A DNA stretch of 64,000 nucleotides from Ramazzottius varieornatus (lineage: Eukaryota > Animalia > Tardigrada). The first letter of the stretch is position 1. Each line of letters starts with the position of its first letter. A program made the position numbers and the translations under genes. Of the stretch, positions 38,517-50,659 are shown piece by piece. The DNA lies in assembly GCA_001949185.1 (NCBI GenBank), contig BDGG01000020.1:186001-250000 (forward strand). The letters are read 5' to 3'. The notes beneath the pieces were generated by a model. It was not told where the DNA came from and ran no database searches. It was given only the letters and a program-made list of their open reading frames with translations.

Positions 38517-38772
38517 CAGATGGCGCAATTACCGGTGGGTTGGGCGGGATTTTACATCATCCCGCAGCGGGGAACCTTTTACTGTGCTCTGGACTCTGGA
38601 AAGAGCGGCTGGGTAACACAGATGGTCCATGATCATTGGCCGCTTTTCCTTCTTCCCTTTTTGGATTACAGTGTGAACGACAGCGAATGCAGGGAAGGGG
38701 GGAGGAAGGGACAAAGGGAATATTCCCCTGACGACAATCGCTTAGTGTCATCTCTTCCTGTTCGCACATCTG
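38517..38772. promoter_or_regulatory. Cluster of three CAGATG E-boxes upstream of the NHLH gene
   Basis: CAGATG at 38517 and 38619, CATCTG at 38767. Confidence 0.35.
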
Positions 38773-39066
38773 TTGTTATCGAAGTGAGCCTTCTTTCGAG
38801 GGCGCTGATTTGACGTTGTCCATCCGGACTTGACCAAGGGCAAATTAGAGCTAGGGATAGGATGTAATTCTGGAAAAGATGAAATCGAGAGCTGGCATAA
38901 TTTTTTGCTCGCGGTGAAAACTTATCTCCGTGTGAGACTTCAAACCTCGACTAACATATTCGACAATAATTGCTGGATTGTCAATTCATTCTTACCACCA
39001 TGCGAACTCCAATTTGAATACGAACTTGAATTTCTGTAATAATTTCTCTGAACGGTTATTGGACGT

Positions 39067-39711
39067 ATGGAAAACTTTTATCAACATTACGATGGATCCG
39101 CGGGAACTGGCCAGTGTATGGGACCAGCCGGAGAGTACCTCATGGAATATTCGTCGAACGAAGTACGCTTACCGCAGACAACGAACCGCAGGAAATTGGT
39201 AATGAGCGGTGATGAACCTGTCGTTGTCAAGCAAGATGCTTCGACGAACTGCAAGCAGCGGAAACCGCGGATGAGCAACGGCGATCCTTCGGTACAAAGA
39301 CTGAGCAGGGAAGAACGTCGTCGAAGGTGAGTGGGACCCACGCAAAACCTTTTCCAAAGGGTGACGATCGTAGAAAAACGGACGATATTCGCGCGAGCCT
39401 TCAAGTTGTACACGATTCAGATTGTCAAACGCACAAACCTCAGCAGACAGGAAGCTGTGAAAAGAAAACGCATCCGTAAACCCTTATTTTTCAAAAGTTC
39501 TTGCTTTCGTTGTAGACGAAGATGTACGGAAAAATATCGACATGCGCATGCGACGAGAGAACGCGCGCGAATCGAGGCTTTCAACCATGGGTTTGGCGAA
39601 CTTCGAAAGCTGCTACCAGTCCTGCCTCCAGACAAGAAACTGTCCAAGATCGAAATACTCCGCCTGGCGATCTGCTACATCGCGTACCTGAACCACGTTC
39701 TGGGCAGCTAA
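39067..39711 (+). CDS. NHLH: NHLH/NSCL/HEN (HLH4C-type) neural bHLH transcription factor (intron 39327-39515)
   Basis: [32 protein letters not shown]...[27 protein letters not shown] is diagnostic of the NHLH1/2 family. Confidence 0.95.
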
Positions 39712-40455
39712 CATTTGTACCGGTAATCTTTGCCACTTTCGTTGTCAAATTGACGAATACATTTTTATTCGATCATGCAGTCGTTAGGACAGCAGAGTTA
39801 ATCCTTCTTGTATGGTTTATTGAATAATTCGCTTCGAGTTGTGATTGTTTCTGTACCGGTGTGCGCGTACATGCTCTGTCGTTGCGACGATATCTCGTCT
39901 CAAATAATAATTGCTAGAATTATGAAATACTGAAGTCATTATCTGCTATGAATATCGAATGTAAGGGTAATGTAGGAACACATGCTTTTTGGAGCATGCA
40001 CTTCCCGGTCTGCGGTTCTCAGGGTTGGGTGTGGTGATTGCAATGCATGTGGTGATTCTCGCCATTAAATCTGGATTCGTTGCGTATATTCGAATTAGTC
40101 AAACGGTTTGCAGAATTCACTTTCGGCCGAATGAAGTTCATACGCAGTGACTACTTGTCTGAACCGAAGGGTAATCTTTATCTGTAACAGATAAAGGATA
40201 GATAGCAGGCCTTCTTCTTCGGAAGGGAGATACCCCGACAGCAACGATTTCCGCTACGCATAAGGTTGTGGCTCTGGTGGTAATAATCTTTCGCTGTAAG
40301 AACAAGATCTACATTTTTCTAACGTATTTACGACTGGGACAAATCCAGAACGAACGGAGTACGATCGAGAAGGCGCATGTTTTCCTGCCAACATTGGAGC
40401 CGAAGACATTTTGAACCCCGAAGTCTAGCCGAATTCGAACGGCTAACACCTCACT

Positions 40456-43400
40456 TTGTGCTCCACGCGTTTACCATGTGATACTATGTTCTGGAAGTTT
40501 TGTAATAATATGTTTACCCAGCTGGAGCAAGTCGAAGATCCGCTCGTGAATGTGAGCGTTTTAGTCCGCATGGGAGGTACATTTCAGAAAAAAATTTTAC
40601 ACTTCAGAAAAAAATTCGAACGTATTGATAATACTGATGCTGTACTTATGCGTATGTACATGAACCACGAAAACTTTCGAAACGGTCCTGCCTCTGACAG
40701 GTATATATTTCTGCAGATGACATCGTCAAAAACGAAACTCGTTTCATACCGTCCATCATCCAGAGCATCCACAGACTCTGGCCTGGGCCTTTCTCCACAT
40801 CTTGCACCCACTCGACGAACTTCCCGTTTGGCCCAGCTGCGGTCTTTCGTCTCACCTGACCAATTCTTGAAGAGTTTACAAGAAAGCTTTATCGGTTTGT
40901 GGCACAAGTCGATACCCCATGATTACATTCCTTCACCCGATAACCTCGTCACCTTCGCGTCACTGTGGCCCGATACGACTCAAGTGCAAGCCTGGATACT
41001 GTCGCAGATGGTGTGCACGTCCAGCGAGCAGCGCCAAGTGATCAATGGGTTCTTGGAAGATGTCAAACTCTTCGCGGTACGGACTGGCCCGCCACAGTTA
41101 CTGACCGCATTGCATGAACTGGGCCTCCTACAACCGCAACAACTCCTGGCTAATAAGCTAACGGCGACCGAAAGCGCACTCTTGTGGAAAAATGTGGATG
41201 CTCTGAAGACGTTCGGGTATGATGAAGCGGAGAAACTACTGTGTAGTCTCAACAGGGACCAAATCAAAGTCTCAGATTCGGTCGACGAGTTCGCACGAAA
41301 TGATTTCTTAAACTTTTCCTACAACGCAATGCCACCAGATGATATGCTGCTGTTTGCCATTGTTCTACAAACTGCTCACATAGCTAAAGTTCATACCGAA
41401 AATGGGATGCTGCTGAATATCATGCAACACATCGCTTCATCTGTGTTCTCCAAGCCGGTCATTGATCTATCGCTGTGCGTGGCTGGAGCCAACATCAACG
41501 CCCAGTCGGAAGCGACCGGCGTTTCGCCGCTCCACATTGCTTCCTCGCTCGGACAGCTGGACATCGTCCGCCTGTTGCTTCGACGAGGAGCCAACCCGAA
41601 TGTCCAATCGAAGGCCGATGAGCTATCAGAAGATGTCGCACCCAGAGAACTCCGCCGTACAGTCATCCAGATACTCCAGCCTTACCGCGAAAAGCGCTTA
41701 GAAGATATCATCGACTGCCTGATGAACCAGGAGATCCCGCCGGAGATTCTCCCAGCAGACTTTGACGTCTTCGACTCCAACGGCGAAAATCTTCTATCCC
41801 GTCTCGCTACAGAGAATACCTTGAACGAACTCGAGTACCTGATCAAACTCCCGTTCTGTCCGATCAACGCCCAAGACAGCAAGACCGGAAAGACCCTGTT
41901 GGCAAACTCCGTCGCGAAAGGCTCCTCGGAGGTAGTAGTGCTCTTGTTGAAGAACGGTGCTAGTCCATCAATTCGCGATTTCAGCGACCTTCTTCCTCTA
42001 CATTACGCCGTGGATCAGAACGACATCGAGATGGCCAAGACAATGTTGAACTATTCTCAGTGGTGGACAGGTCTTCACGGCGTCATGAAATGTTCGCGTT
42101 CGGCTGAAATGTCACGGTTACTTCAACAAGCTTTTCACAAACGTCAGAACGAAATCGTGAGACCAGCTTTGGCTGTTGGGTGCACAAAGGACCCTTCCGC
42201 TCTGAATGTCTTAGAAAAAGGGGACTCGATCAACGCCAAAAATGTTTATGGAGAAAATAGTGCATTCATCGCTGCGAAGAACGGTCAAACCACCGCGCTG
42301 GAGATTCTCATTCAGCTAGGCGGCGATTTCTGGTCAAAGCACGCAAAGACTTTGGAAACTCCGCTGCATGTGGCGGCCTCTGCTGGACATGCTGGTACAA
42401 TCAAGTACCTGTTGAAAGCCGCGGCCGATACCGGAAGAGGTTTAAATATCAACGGGCTTGATGCCAATGGAAAGACACCGTTGCACAGAGCGGTGGAGGG
42501 GCAACATGTGCAAGTCATAACGATGTTGCTGGAACTAGGTGCGGCCTCCAGTGGGTGTTTTGCGAACGGACTTCTGGTCGGTTCGGAAATGGATGCAGTG
42601 CAGGCTGTATTGGACAGGTATAGGTCGCCGAGGACAGGCCAAATATTCAAGGCAATCGAGAATGATGATCTACGGGCGTTGAAGAAAGTGTGGAACTCGA
42701 AGTTCGACCATTACTTCCGACATAGCAACGGGGTAAGACTACAGAAACGGCATCACTCTCCTACCCGCCTTCAGATATGATTTGTACGTGTGACCACAGT
42801 ACTGCACCAATGTGTTCTAAATTTAACGAAGCGTAGGGCAGTAATTTTAACACCTTGTGCACGAACGCGATTTCGTTTTATCAGAATACGAGGTGAGAAA
42901 CTCACTTCCGCCTCATTTTAACCGATTGAGGTCGGGAGGCAGCGCCAATTTCGACCAATCATCACTTTTTCGAGTGGCTACAATTTGGGAATATGTTAGG
43001 TCGTTTCACATGAAAAATAAGCCTCATGTTGGGTCTAACCGTAAATAATGGTTTTCTCAAGACGTTGTATAAGCGATAGTTTTTTGTGAAAATACAGGAT
43101 ACACCCATTATGTCTGCTGCCCGTTTCGGCCATGTGAATATTCTCGAGTATCTTCTGGAAGACGCCGAGCAAGAATACCGCCCGATCGAAAACGACCTCA
43201 ACGTGGATCATGACGAGAACGTTCGCTCCATGATCCGTCGTCAGAGACTGCGACCACGACTTTCCACAATGGACTTGTCCCCTGTATCCACCGAGACCCT
43301 AACTTCAGATCGCCGAGTCGACTGTTACCAGTGGATCTTCGGCAGCCTAACACCCGGCACGAACGACGTTATCCCAACCATCTTCCTCCACGAGCACCGA

Positions 43401-44024
43401 CTCAACCATGTCTGCGCCATCAACCTGCACGATGGCTGTTCCGCACTACACCGCGCCATCAAAAGCGACGACAACGTGGATGTCGTGCGGAGGCTGGTCA
43501 ACAATGACCCGTATTGTGTGAATATACCCGAACACAACGGCTTCACGCCGTTGCATCTAGCTGTCATTCTTCGTCGTAAACGGATCATCAAATACTTTTG
43601 CCACTTGAGTGATCTGGACTTCACAGCAACGGATTTGCTGGGGAGAATGCCGGAAGAACTGGTGGACGACATGAAGACTTACGACATGATTCATAACGCA
43701 AGAACTAAGCCGTCGAGTTTCTGGTCGACTATGTGTGACGAGGAAATACCGTTGAGTACGGCGGAGGGGTTGTCCAGCTGGACGAGGCAGTTTACGTCGG
43801 TTAATCTGGACAGTGCGGCAGACAGTGTCATGGGGTCCTCGGCTACGATTAGCCTTTTCACGGGGAAGACTTCGGCAAGCCAAGATGGCCTGCATGAATT
43901 TTTAGAGAAGAATTTCCCTGTCAGATCCAGAAAGCAGACACTGAGTGTCGCAAGATTCCAAAGGGATTCGAAGATACGGAAAATCAGCATGAAGCCCGCC
44001 CTTTTTGATGCCGTAAAATACTGA
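40456..44024 (+). CDS. Large ankyrin-repeat protein (intron ~42733-43097; true start uncertain, possibly ATG 40717)
   Basis: Multiple ANK motifs: SPLHIASSLGQLDIVRLLLRRGANPN, TPLHVAASAGH, GKTPLHRAV, TPIMSAARFGH, GFTPLHLAV. Confidence 0.9.
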
Positions 44025-44507
44025 CACGGTTTTCGTGTAATCGCACCGGTGATCAAATTAAAGTATCAATAAATAGTCTACACTGAAACCACAGTCTTGC
44101 TGAAGCGCTCAGATTTAATTTCTAAAATCGATGCTCCTCAGTACACTTCAGCCATTCTACAAACTTCGTGGCTTACTTCTAAGAGCCTATGATCGACGGC
44201 CACTGATAACCTGGGAGGTCCAGGTAAACAAAAGAGCAGGTGTGGGAAACCAGGTGTTTTGAGGCGGCCTTATGGGATAACAGGACAAGACCGTCGACGC
44301 CCATCGGTTGTCCTGTCAACTGTATTTTCAAAGCAATACCTCTGTAGCTGGTCTTATTCAAAGGATTATCCCAACTGGTCTTGTTCGCAAGCGCGAGGGG
44401 CTACAGGTAAGGTTTTATCGTTCTCCGGTTTACTCTGTTCTTCCTGTCCCGCTCATCAAATAGCGTTACTTTATCGTTGCATACAGCGCAGGCTCATCAG
44501 TAAAATA

Positions 44508-45232
44508 CAGCCTGAGGGAGCCAAGTGACTACCACCTATATAATTAAGGTGATCTTGACCGAGTTTTTGCCGGACTTCGAAACTAATTTTCCTTGGTTCA
44601 ACATCCTCTTTACTACCTTCTGAAAATTTACAGGCCAGGAATCCGATCAGAGGAAAAACTGATGAATGTCCACAGAGAAAAATCCACTAACTTTTGCGGT
44701 TTCCAGGGCCGTCTTCCAAAATTTGTTTTTGGCTTTTGCGTTGAGGTCCCGCGGTAAGTATGCTTAATATAATTAGAACAGCAATAGGGCTACAGGAAAA
44801 GTGGTCGATAGCATAGATCTGCCGCTCAGGACAAGTGCCATGATTTTTACCGCTAAAGCAGTTTTCCCGGCAAAACGGTCAAATTCGACAGTGTTAATTC
44901 ATTTTTCGATTCGGCGTGGCGTTTCTGTGATATTCTCTGATTTCTGATGACAGTCTGGATAGCTATATGTACGCTGAAATCGAACTAAAGTTCGGTACGG
45001 GAACCTAGAATTTTAGAAACGACGTTTCGGTCAGAAAGAGAGGACTTCCCCACCGGAAGTCATACTGGCCAGCTTTTCCAAACTATTTCTCAGCCGACAT
45101 GAATGTGCCACATCGCATTGGAAACTGCTTGAAAAGGTGTACCAAAAGTGTGAAGGACTGTGCGAGAAATACATAAACTGAATGTTTTAAAGCGCTTTAT
45201 ACAAGTGGTAGTCACGTCGCCCCCTCAGGCTG
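44508..45232. mobile_element. TA-flanked non-autonomous Tc1/mariner-type element
   Basis: TIR CAGCCTGAGGG.GC.A.GTGACTACCAC.T, TA at 44506-44507 and 45233-45234. Confidence 0.8.
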
Positions 45233-46822
45233 TATCAACGGCATCGATGCTTTGCTACCAGAAGTGCTTGCTTGCACAAGGCGTCATTTTCGTCCAAGGT
45301 ATGCTCGATAATCGTGCAGCTTCAAACCGCATAAACTGCTTTCTATGTTTCGAGTTCAGTGACTGCAGTCGACTATAGTATCGTTACATTGCCGATCATG
45401 CAAATAAACGCCAACAGCGATCTTGGCTGTCAGGTTAACGATCGAGCGTTTGGGTATCCTACCAATTCCCATTTTCTACGTCAACCCACATGGTTCGGAT
45501 CGGAGGGTGATCAGGACACAAATTCATGATGAGCGTGCATATCTGGCCGGCTCGATAAACGTGTCACGTGACGAGGGATAGGCAGCCGAAAACGACCATT
45601 GCTTTCTTGTGCAAACTAGCGGTGGCAACCGGCTGATTGATTGAGATGTTGACCTAACTTTCACGTCATCAAGAAGCTTAAAGTGTTTTCTACAAGATTG
45701 TTTTTGAAGTACGGAAAACTGACGACGGGTTCGGGAAATACAAGGTAGCAAATGATGGCCACGGTGGCCCATGACCCATGAAAGTGACTGTATAATATCG
45801 GAAATGCATCCCTGCAAGGTCAAATTCCTGATTAGCAGCTGTAAATAAGTTCATCTGTCCGTTCTGAAGTAGCTTTCACACAATACTTGCTATTTTCGAA
45901 AGACTAGTTCCGCATTTTAGGTACAAAATTCCATGGGAGAGAGTTGACAAACATGAGAACCTGGACTTGAAGAAGGAATTTGGTCCAGACTTCCAGCATG
46001 CGATCGGCAATGGGAATTTCCGACGGTAAACTCATGCAGCTGTATAGTGCCATTGTTCGGTCTCTGCGAGCCATTCCAAGAGCCTTCGAGCCAAAAATCA
46101 AGTGTGCTTACCAAGGAACACTGCACACGTTCCAGCAGAGACCAATCCCGCACGATGAAGACGGCTTGGAAAAGAACGTGGACGAGTACTTCGATGACGT
46201 GCTGTAAGCTCGGCATACCGTTCCCTTGAGGTAAGGTATCTGTTCCCCTCCTTTCTGGTCACTCGTGAGTACCCGTACTCTCAACCCATGATCTGCAAAA
46301 TTAACTATTTTTAGAGCTGTGTTGGACTCACCATAGGTCAAACTTCCATCAAGGAACCCGGAAGCTGTCATCATGACACGCTACATACCCCAGCTGTAAC
46401 CTCGGCGTTCCCAGAAGGTTTCAGCGGTGGTTCTGATAGCCAAGGCATCAGGGTCTACAAAATTCACATGAATTCAGTATGTGTACAATAAAGAAAGTTC
46501 TTGCCTCTTCGTGATCATGTGGAGTAATACATCAATCAATGGCACACTGCATCACGTGACCAAGAGAAGGCATGAACTTTTCTTCATTCTACCTCCGCGT
46601 TGTTCAAGTGGATCTGCTGTCAACAAGTTTCTCTTGTTTCCTCCGTCTGTTACTCTTGTATAATACTGATCGTCCATTTTGCTCACTGACTAGCATGTTT
46701 TTTCTTTTATGGCTTTCGATCAAGCCACAACATTTTTTGAATTCTGCTAATCTCATGCCTTGGCCAGATAGTTCAGGTTGTTTTTATTCGAGAAAATACA
46801 ACGTAACGCTTCGCTTTTGGTA

Positions 46823-47023
46823 CACGCACGACAAGAAATTATGGGGCCAGTAAAAATTATGGGACCAGGCGGAAAAGACGGCAAAATGGAAATTCAAACG
46901 CAGAAAAGTGTCCAAAAGTGCATTACTATGAATCAGTCACGTACGTACGTGCTTCCGTACCGCCGTAGCGAAAAGGCCTGGTCCCATAATTTTTACTGAC
47001 CCCATAATTTCTCGTCGTGCGTG
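46823..47023. mobile_element. TA-flanked MITE
   Basis: ~48-bp TIR CACGCACGAC.AGAAATTATGGGG.CAGTAAAAATTATGGGACCAGGC, TA on both sides. Confidence 0.85.
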
Positions 47024-48132
47024 TACTCCACCTAAATAGGTAAATGACGCATATAATAAATAGTAATGGCATCTCGTTTGCAGTATAAACCAAGATGTAG
47101 AAATCACCTCAAATCGTCGTTGGACCGTTGCGGAGTTCGTGATTGACTGAATCCGTGGGGCTCAGTTTAAGCAGCGATTACTTTCGACTTTAAAAACAGG
47201 AAACGTTAACGTTTGGTTGCGGAACCAGATGCGGTCTGTCACTCAACTGAAACCTCATGGCTCATGCTAGGTTTCTGAGCTCTTTGTCCTGCTAACGAAC
47301 CCGCGACGGCTGAAAATCGACCGACCTTTACTTAGCGGCTATCTTTGAGAAGCTTAGCGCAATCTAGCTCTGGGACAAAAGGAGCCGACCTACTGTGCAA
47401 ATTGTAGGACTGGTATATCCTCTATTCCTTGGCTGAACTTCAAAGTAACCAGCGGCTTACCGGTGCAGCGTCGCGGACCTGGAAACTGCGTCCACCTTTT
47501 CCACATTCAGCACTAATGTGTGCGCCGGTCCACAATTAACACTTCCGACCATTGCTGCTCACAAGGGCTCAAACTTCCAACCGGTATCACAATAGCGGAA
47601 TTAATATCACTTGGTTGATGTGGGATCGACGTTACCGACAAACAACGCTTTATACTAGGTCCTCCGTCATAGCATTATAATTGCCGTCAGTATAACCTTT
47701 CTCAGGGAATCATACTCCCTGTCATAAATTATTGACCTGGATCTCCAGTTTAGCGGAGCCAGTCATTTTTGAGTGCCGGTTTTGTGACCCTATTGTAGCA
47801 CATAATATACTCTAGTACAGCGTCTGCCCCATTTGACGTATCACAGCGTCCAACTCCGATGTTAGACGGGAAAGCAATCAACGAAACCACCAACGGCAAC
47901 AACGCACGCGATCCCATCCGTATTATTGTTTAATGACAACCGCAATGAAAGTAATGAAACCCGGAGACGTTGGCACGGTTTGACATCAATCGTCAGCCAT
48001 TCTGCTTTAATAGATGATTGACTCGCTGTTCCTGTGATTTCCCTGGGCGTGTCCGATTTGTCAGTAGTCGTCATAAGCGGGCTGCGCTAGAACCCCTTTT
48101 TTCGATAGTGAATTTTCTCCCGAAACAAATAA

Positions 48133-48273
48133 CTGTATTCCCGCGAAAGTTTTGCGCAGTCACATGACAGGCCCATACATTAAGCCCCGGGTGATCGTGG
48201 TCCGATCAGCAGCCCACGGGGATTATTTTATAGGCCTGTCATGTGACTGCGCAAAACTTTCGCGGGAATACAG
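48133..48273. mobile_element. MITE with ~41-bp perfect TIRs
   Basis: CTGTATTCCCGCGAAAGTTTTGCGCAGTCACATGACAGGCC and its reverse complement. Right flank TA, left flank AA. Confidence 0.8.
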
Positions 48274-49742
48274 TAGTCTAATTTATTCACTGTTCTTCTC
48301 CAATTGTTGAGCGGTTGAGATAATAGCATTTCGATGAACTACTGTACGTATACTGGGACATCTGCTTCTTTATGTTGTTTTTTTTTCTGGTGGCTATTTT
48401 CATTCACACGTACATACAAGATGTAGCTGAATACTGGTCTATTGGTTCCTGCACCGAAATGATGGGGACAATTTGGTGGTGTTGGAAGGACCATCACCAA
48501 AATCACCGATGCGATGTCTCTGCTGAATGATATGTTCTGCAAGCTAGGCAGTATGGGACTATCGAGGGACCTTCCTCAACAACACCTTTCAAACTCCACA
48601 CATGTACTAGTGCCCAGTGTGGCTTTCGGTATTCTGCAGAAACCGAGATATGGGCAGCATAGATTAAGCTGTCGCCGACACAATGACCACCGTCGAGGAC
48701 TTCGAAGCGAGGAAACTCATGTCTGCTATCGAGCGCCACACCGTTCCTGCTGCCGAAGACGGTTCTGTGCAGCGCGTTGCGAGATGGTTCTCAGTTTCGG
48801 GCACACTGGAGTACAGACACTGGACTCAAGTTAGGCGGCGTCCTCGAATTGCTGGAAATCGGACTGCTAGTAGTGGTCGCTATTCGTTGGAAGATTCAAC
48901 AGCCCGCGGAAGGGCAATACATGGAGCGCGTATGATGTAGCAGCGTTTGACCTACTCCGTATGCCGTTATTAGTATTTCTTCCGGAGAGCAAAGAGGGAG
49001 TTTTCACGCCCGAATTCATCCTCACCGTTCCCAGCTTCAAAGCCTGAAGCCAAAAACACTGAGAGTTACTGAAATGTACCGCTGGTATGTTCCCCTGTGG
49101 AATGTAGGGGGCTTGTTTTGGCAGAGCTGATGAAGTACTATGGAAACGATCTGCAGATAGACTGATTGTAAGCGACTTGAAAACCCATCAGAACGGAGCT
49201 TGTGCCTTCAACCTCAGCGACAACATCTTGTACAAGAACCAGCTCCAACTCCGTCTCAATCGTCCAATGGTGGAAGACGTCATAACCGCAAACATGCAGC
49301 TGGCTGCTATATATTGCAAGTGTGCTAGATGTGGACCTTGGGAAAGAGTTCTCTGTTAGGTTCCGGGATGGAATCTTGAAGCTCTTTGGTGAGGACAACG
49401 GACCCGCAAGTAGCGCGAAGCTAAGAATATCGGCTTGCTGTAAGACGCTGCCGTCGATGCTCTGCAGGATCTACCGATTAAGGCGATCCCGAATGTTGAC
49501 TGAACATATGGATCAACGATTCCAGAGAGTCATCTGTTGCCATTCATTTCAATACACGTGTACCATTGCGGAAGAAACTGACCAACTTCTTCAAAGCCTA
49601 TGAATCTGACCGTGGCACAGGGGTCAGCTGGTACTATGGAGCATGATCGAGTTTCGACCGCTGTCGAACCCGGAAGTGTTTAGGAAATATCGTCATGCGA
49701 ACTGCTAACATTCTTCGGTTTTCTTACAACCTGTTGAAAGTA

Positions 49743-50081
49743 CGAGGTAAAAGTAGCGGACTTGTCCATGAAAAATCGCATGGGGTACTTGTCCACCCTA
49801 GATCTGCTCATCGGCTGATCAGGTCTTGTTACTTTTTGGTTTATTCGATAGGAAAAAACCCCTATCTATTTTTCGAACATGGTAGACACGAAAGAACAGC
49901 GGATTTGTTGAGAGACATCCGCTAAGCAGAGAGACGGTCGACGCAATGTTAAAAAGCCTGTTTTTGAAAAATCAGCTGATTCTAATCAATCAAGTTACGA
50001 TTCATGTACATGTGCCAACTTTTCAGGGTGGACAACTTCACCATGCGATTTTACATGGACAAGTCCTCTAGTTTTACCTCG
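49743..50081. mobile_element. TA-flanked mariner-type MITE
   Basis: ~57-bp imperfect TIR CGAGGTAAAA.TAG.GGACTTGTCCATG, TA at 49741-49742 and 50082-50083. Confidence 0.8.
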
Positions 50082-50659
50082 TAATTCATATCATGATGTT
50101 TGTCATGATAGCCAAATAATATCTATTTCATTGTATCACATTGCATCATAGTGAATAACATCTTGATGACGTGTTACGTGTGAAGACCGGTGGAATAAAA
50201 TCGCCCATAATCCATGGAGCGCTCCACACAAACTGAATGTAGTAATTTCCGTCGAATTCCCACCAACAAACACACTCGAGCTAGGTGAAAAATGTTACCT
50301 GTCTACAACCTGCGGAGTCACAACCACCGCTTGTTCACCGCGACTGGTGATAAGGAACGATGCAGAAGAATTCAATTCCAGCGCGGTATCCGTGAAAACA
50401 AGGTCTATCCGCTGGTAACAGAATCCGGTCGTCGTAGACCGTAAATGAACAGATCCAACATGATGCTCAACAGCTTCTATGCGAAGTCTGACAAGATAAA
50501 CACAGAAACTATCTAGATTAGCTTAACACGAATTGCTCTGAATGAAGGAGAGGAAGAACCGCAACTATCAAGCGTTTATAAGTTATGGGCATGTAAAAGT
50601 CAAATATCAGTGCAGAAGCTCTAAAGCCCGTTGAAACTATAACATGGATCCAACACTCT

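Noticed and set aside
45900-49600. Fragments with splice-like signals suggesting a decayed gene
   Set aside because: Multiple stops and no recognisable family.
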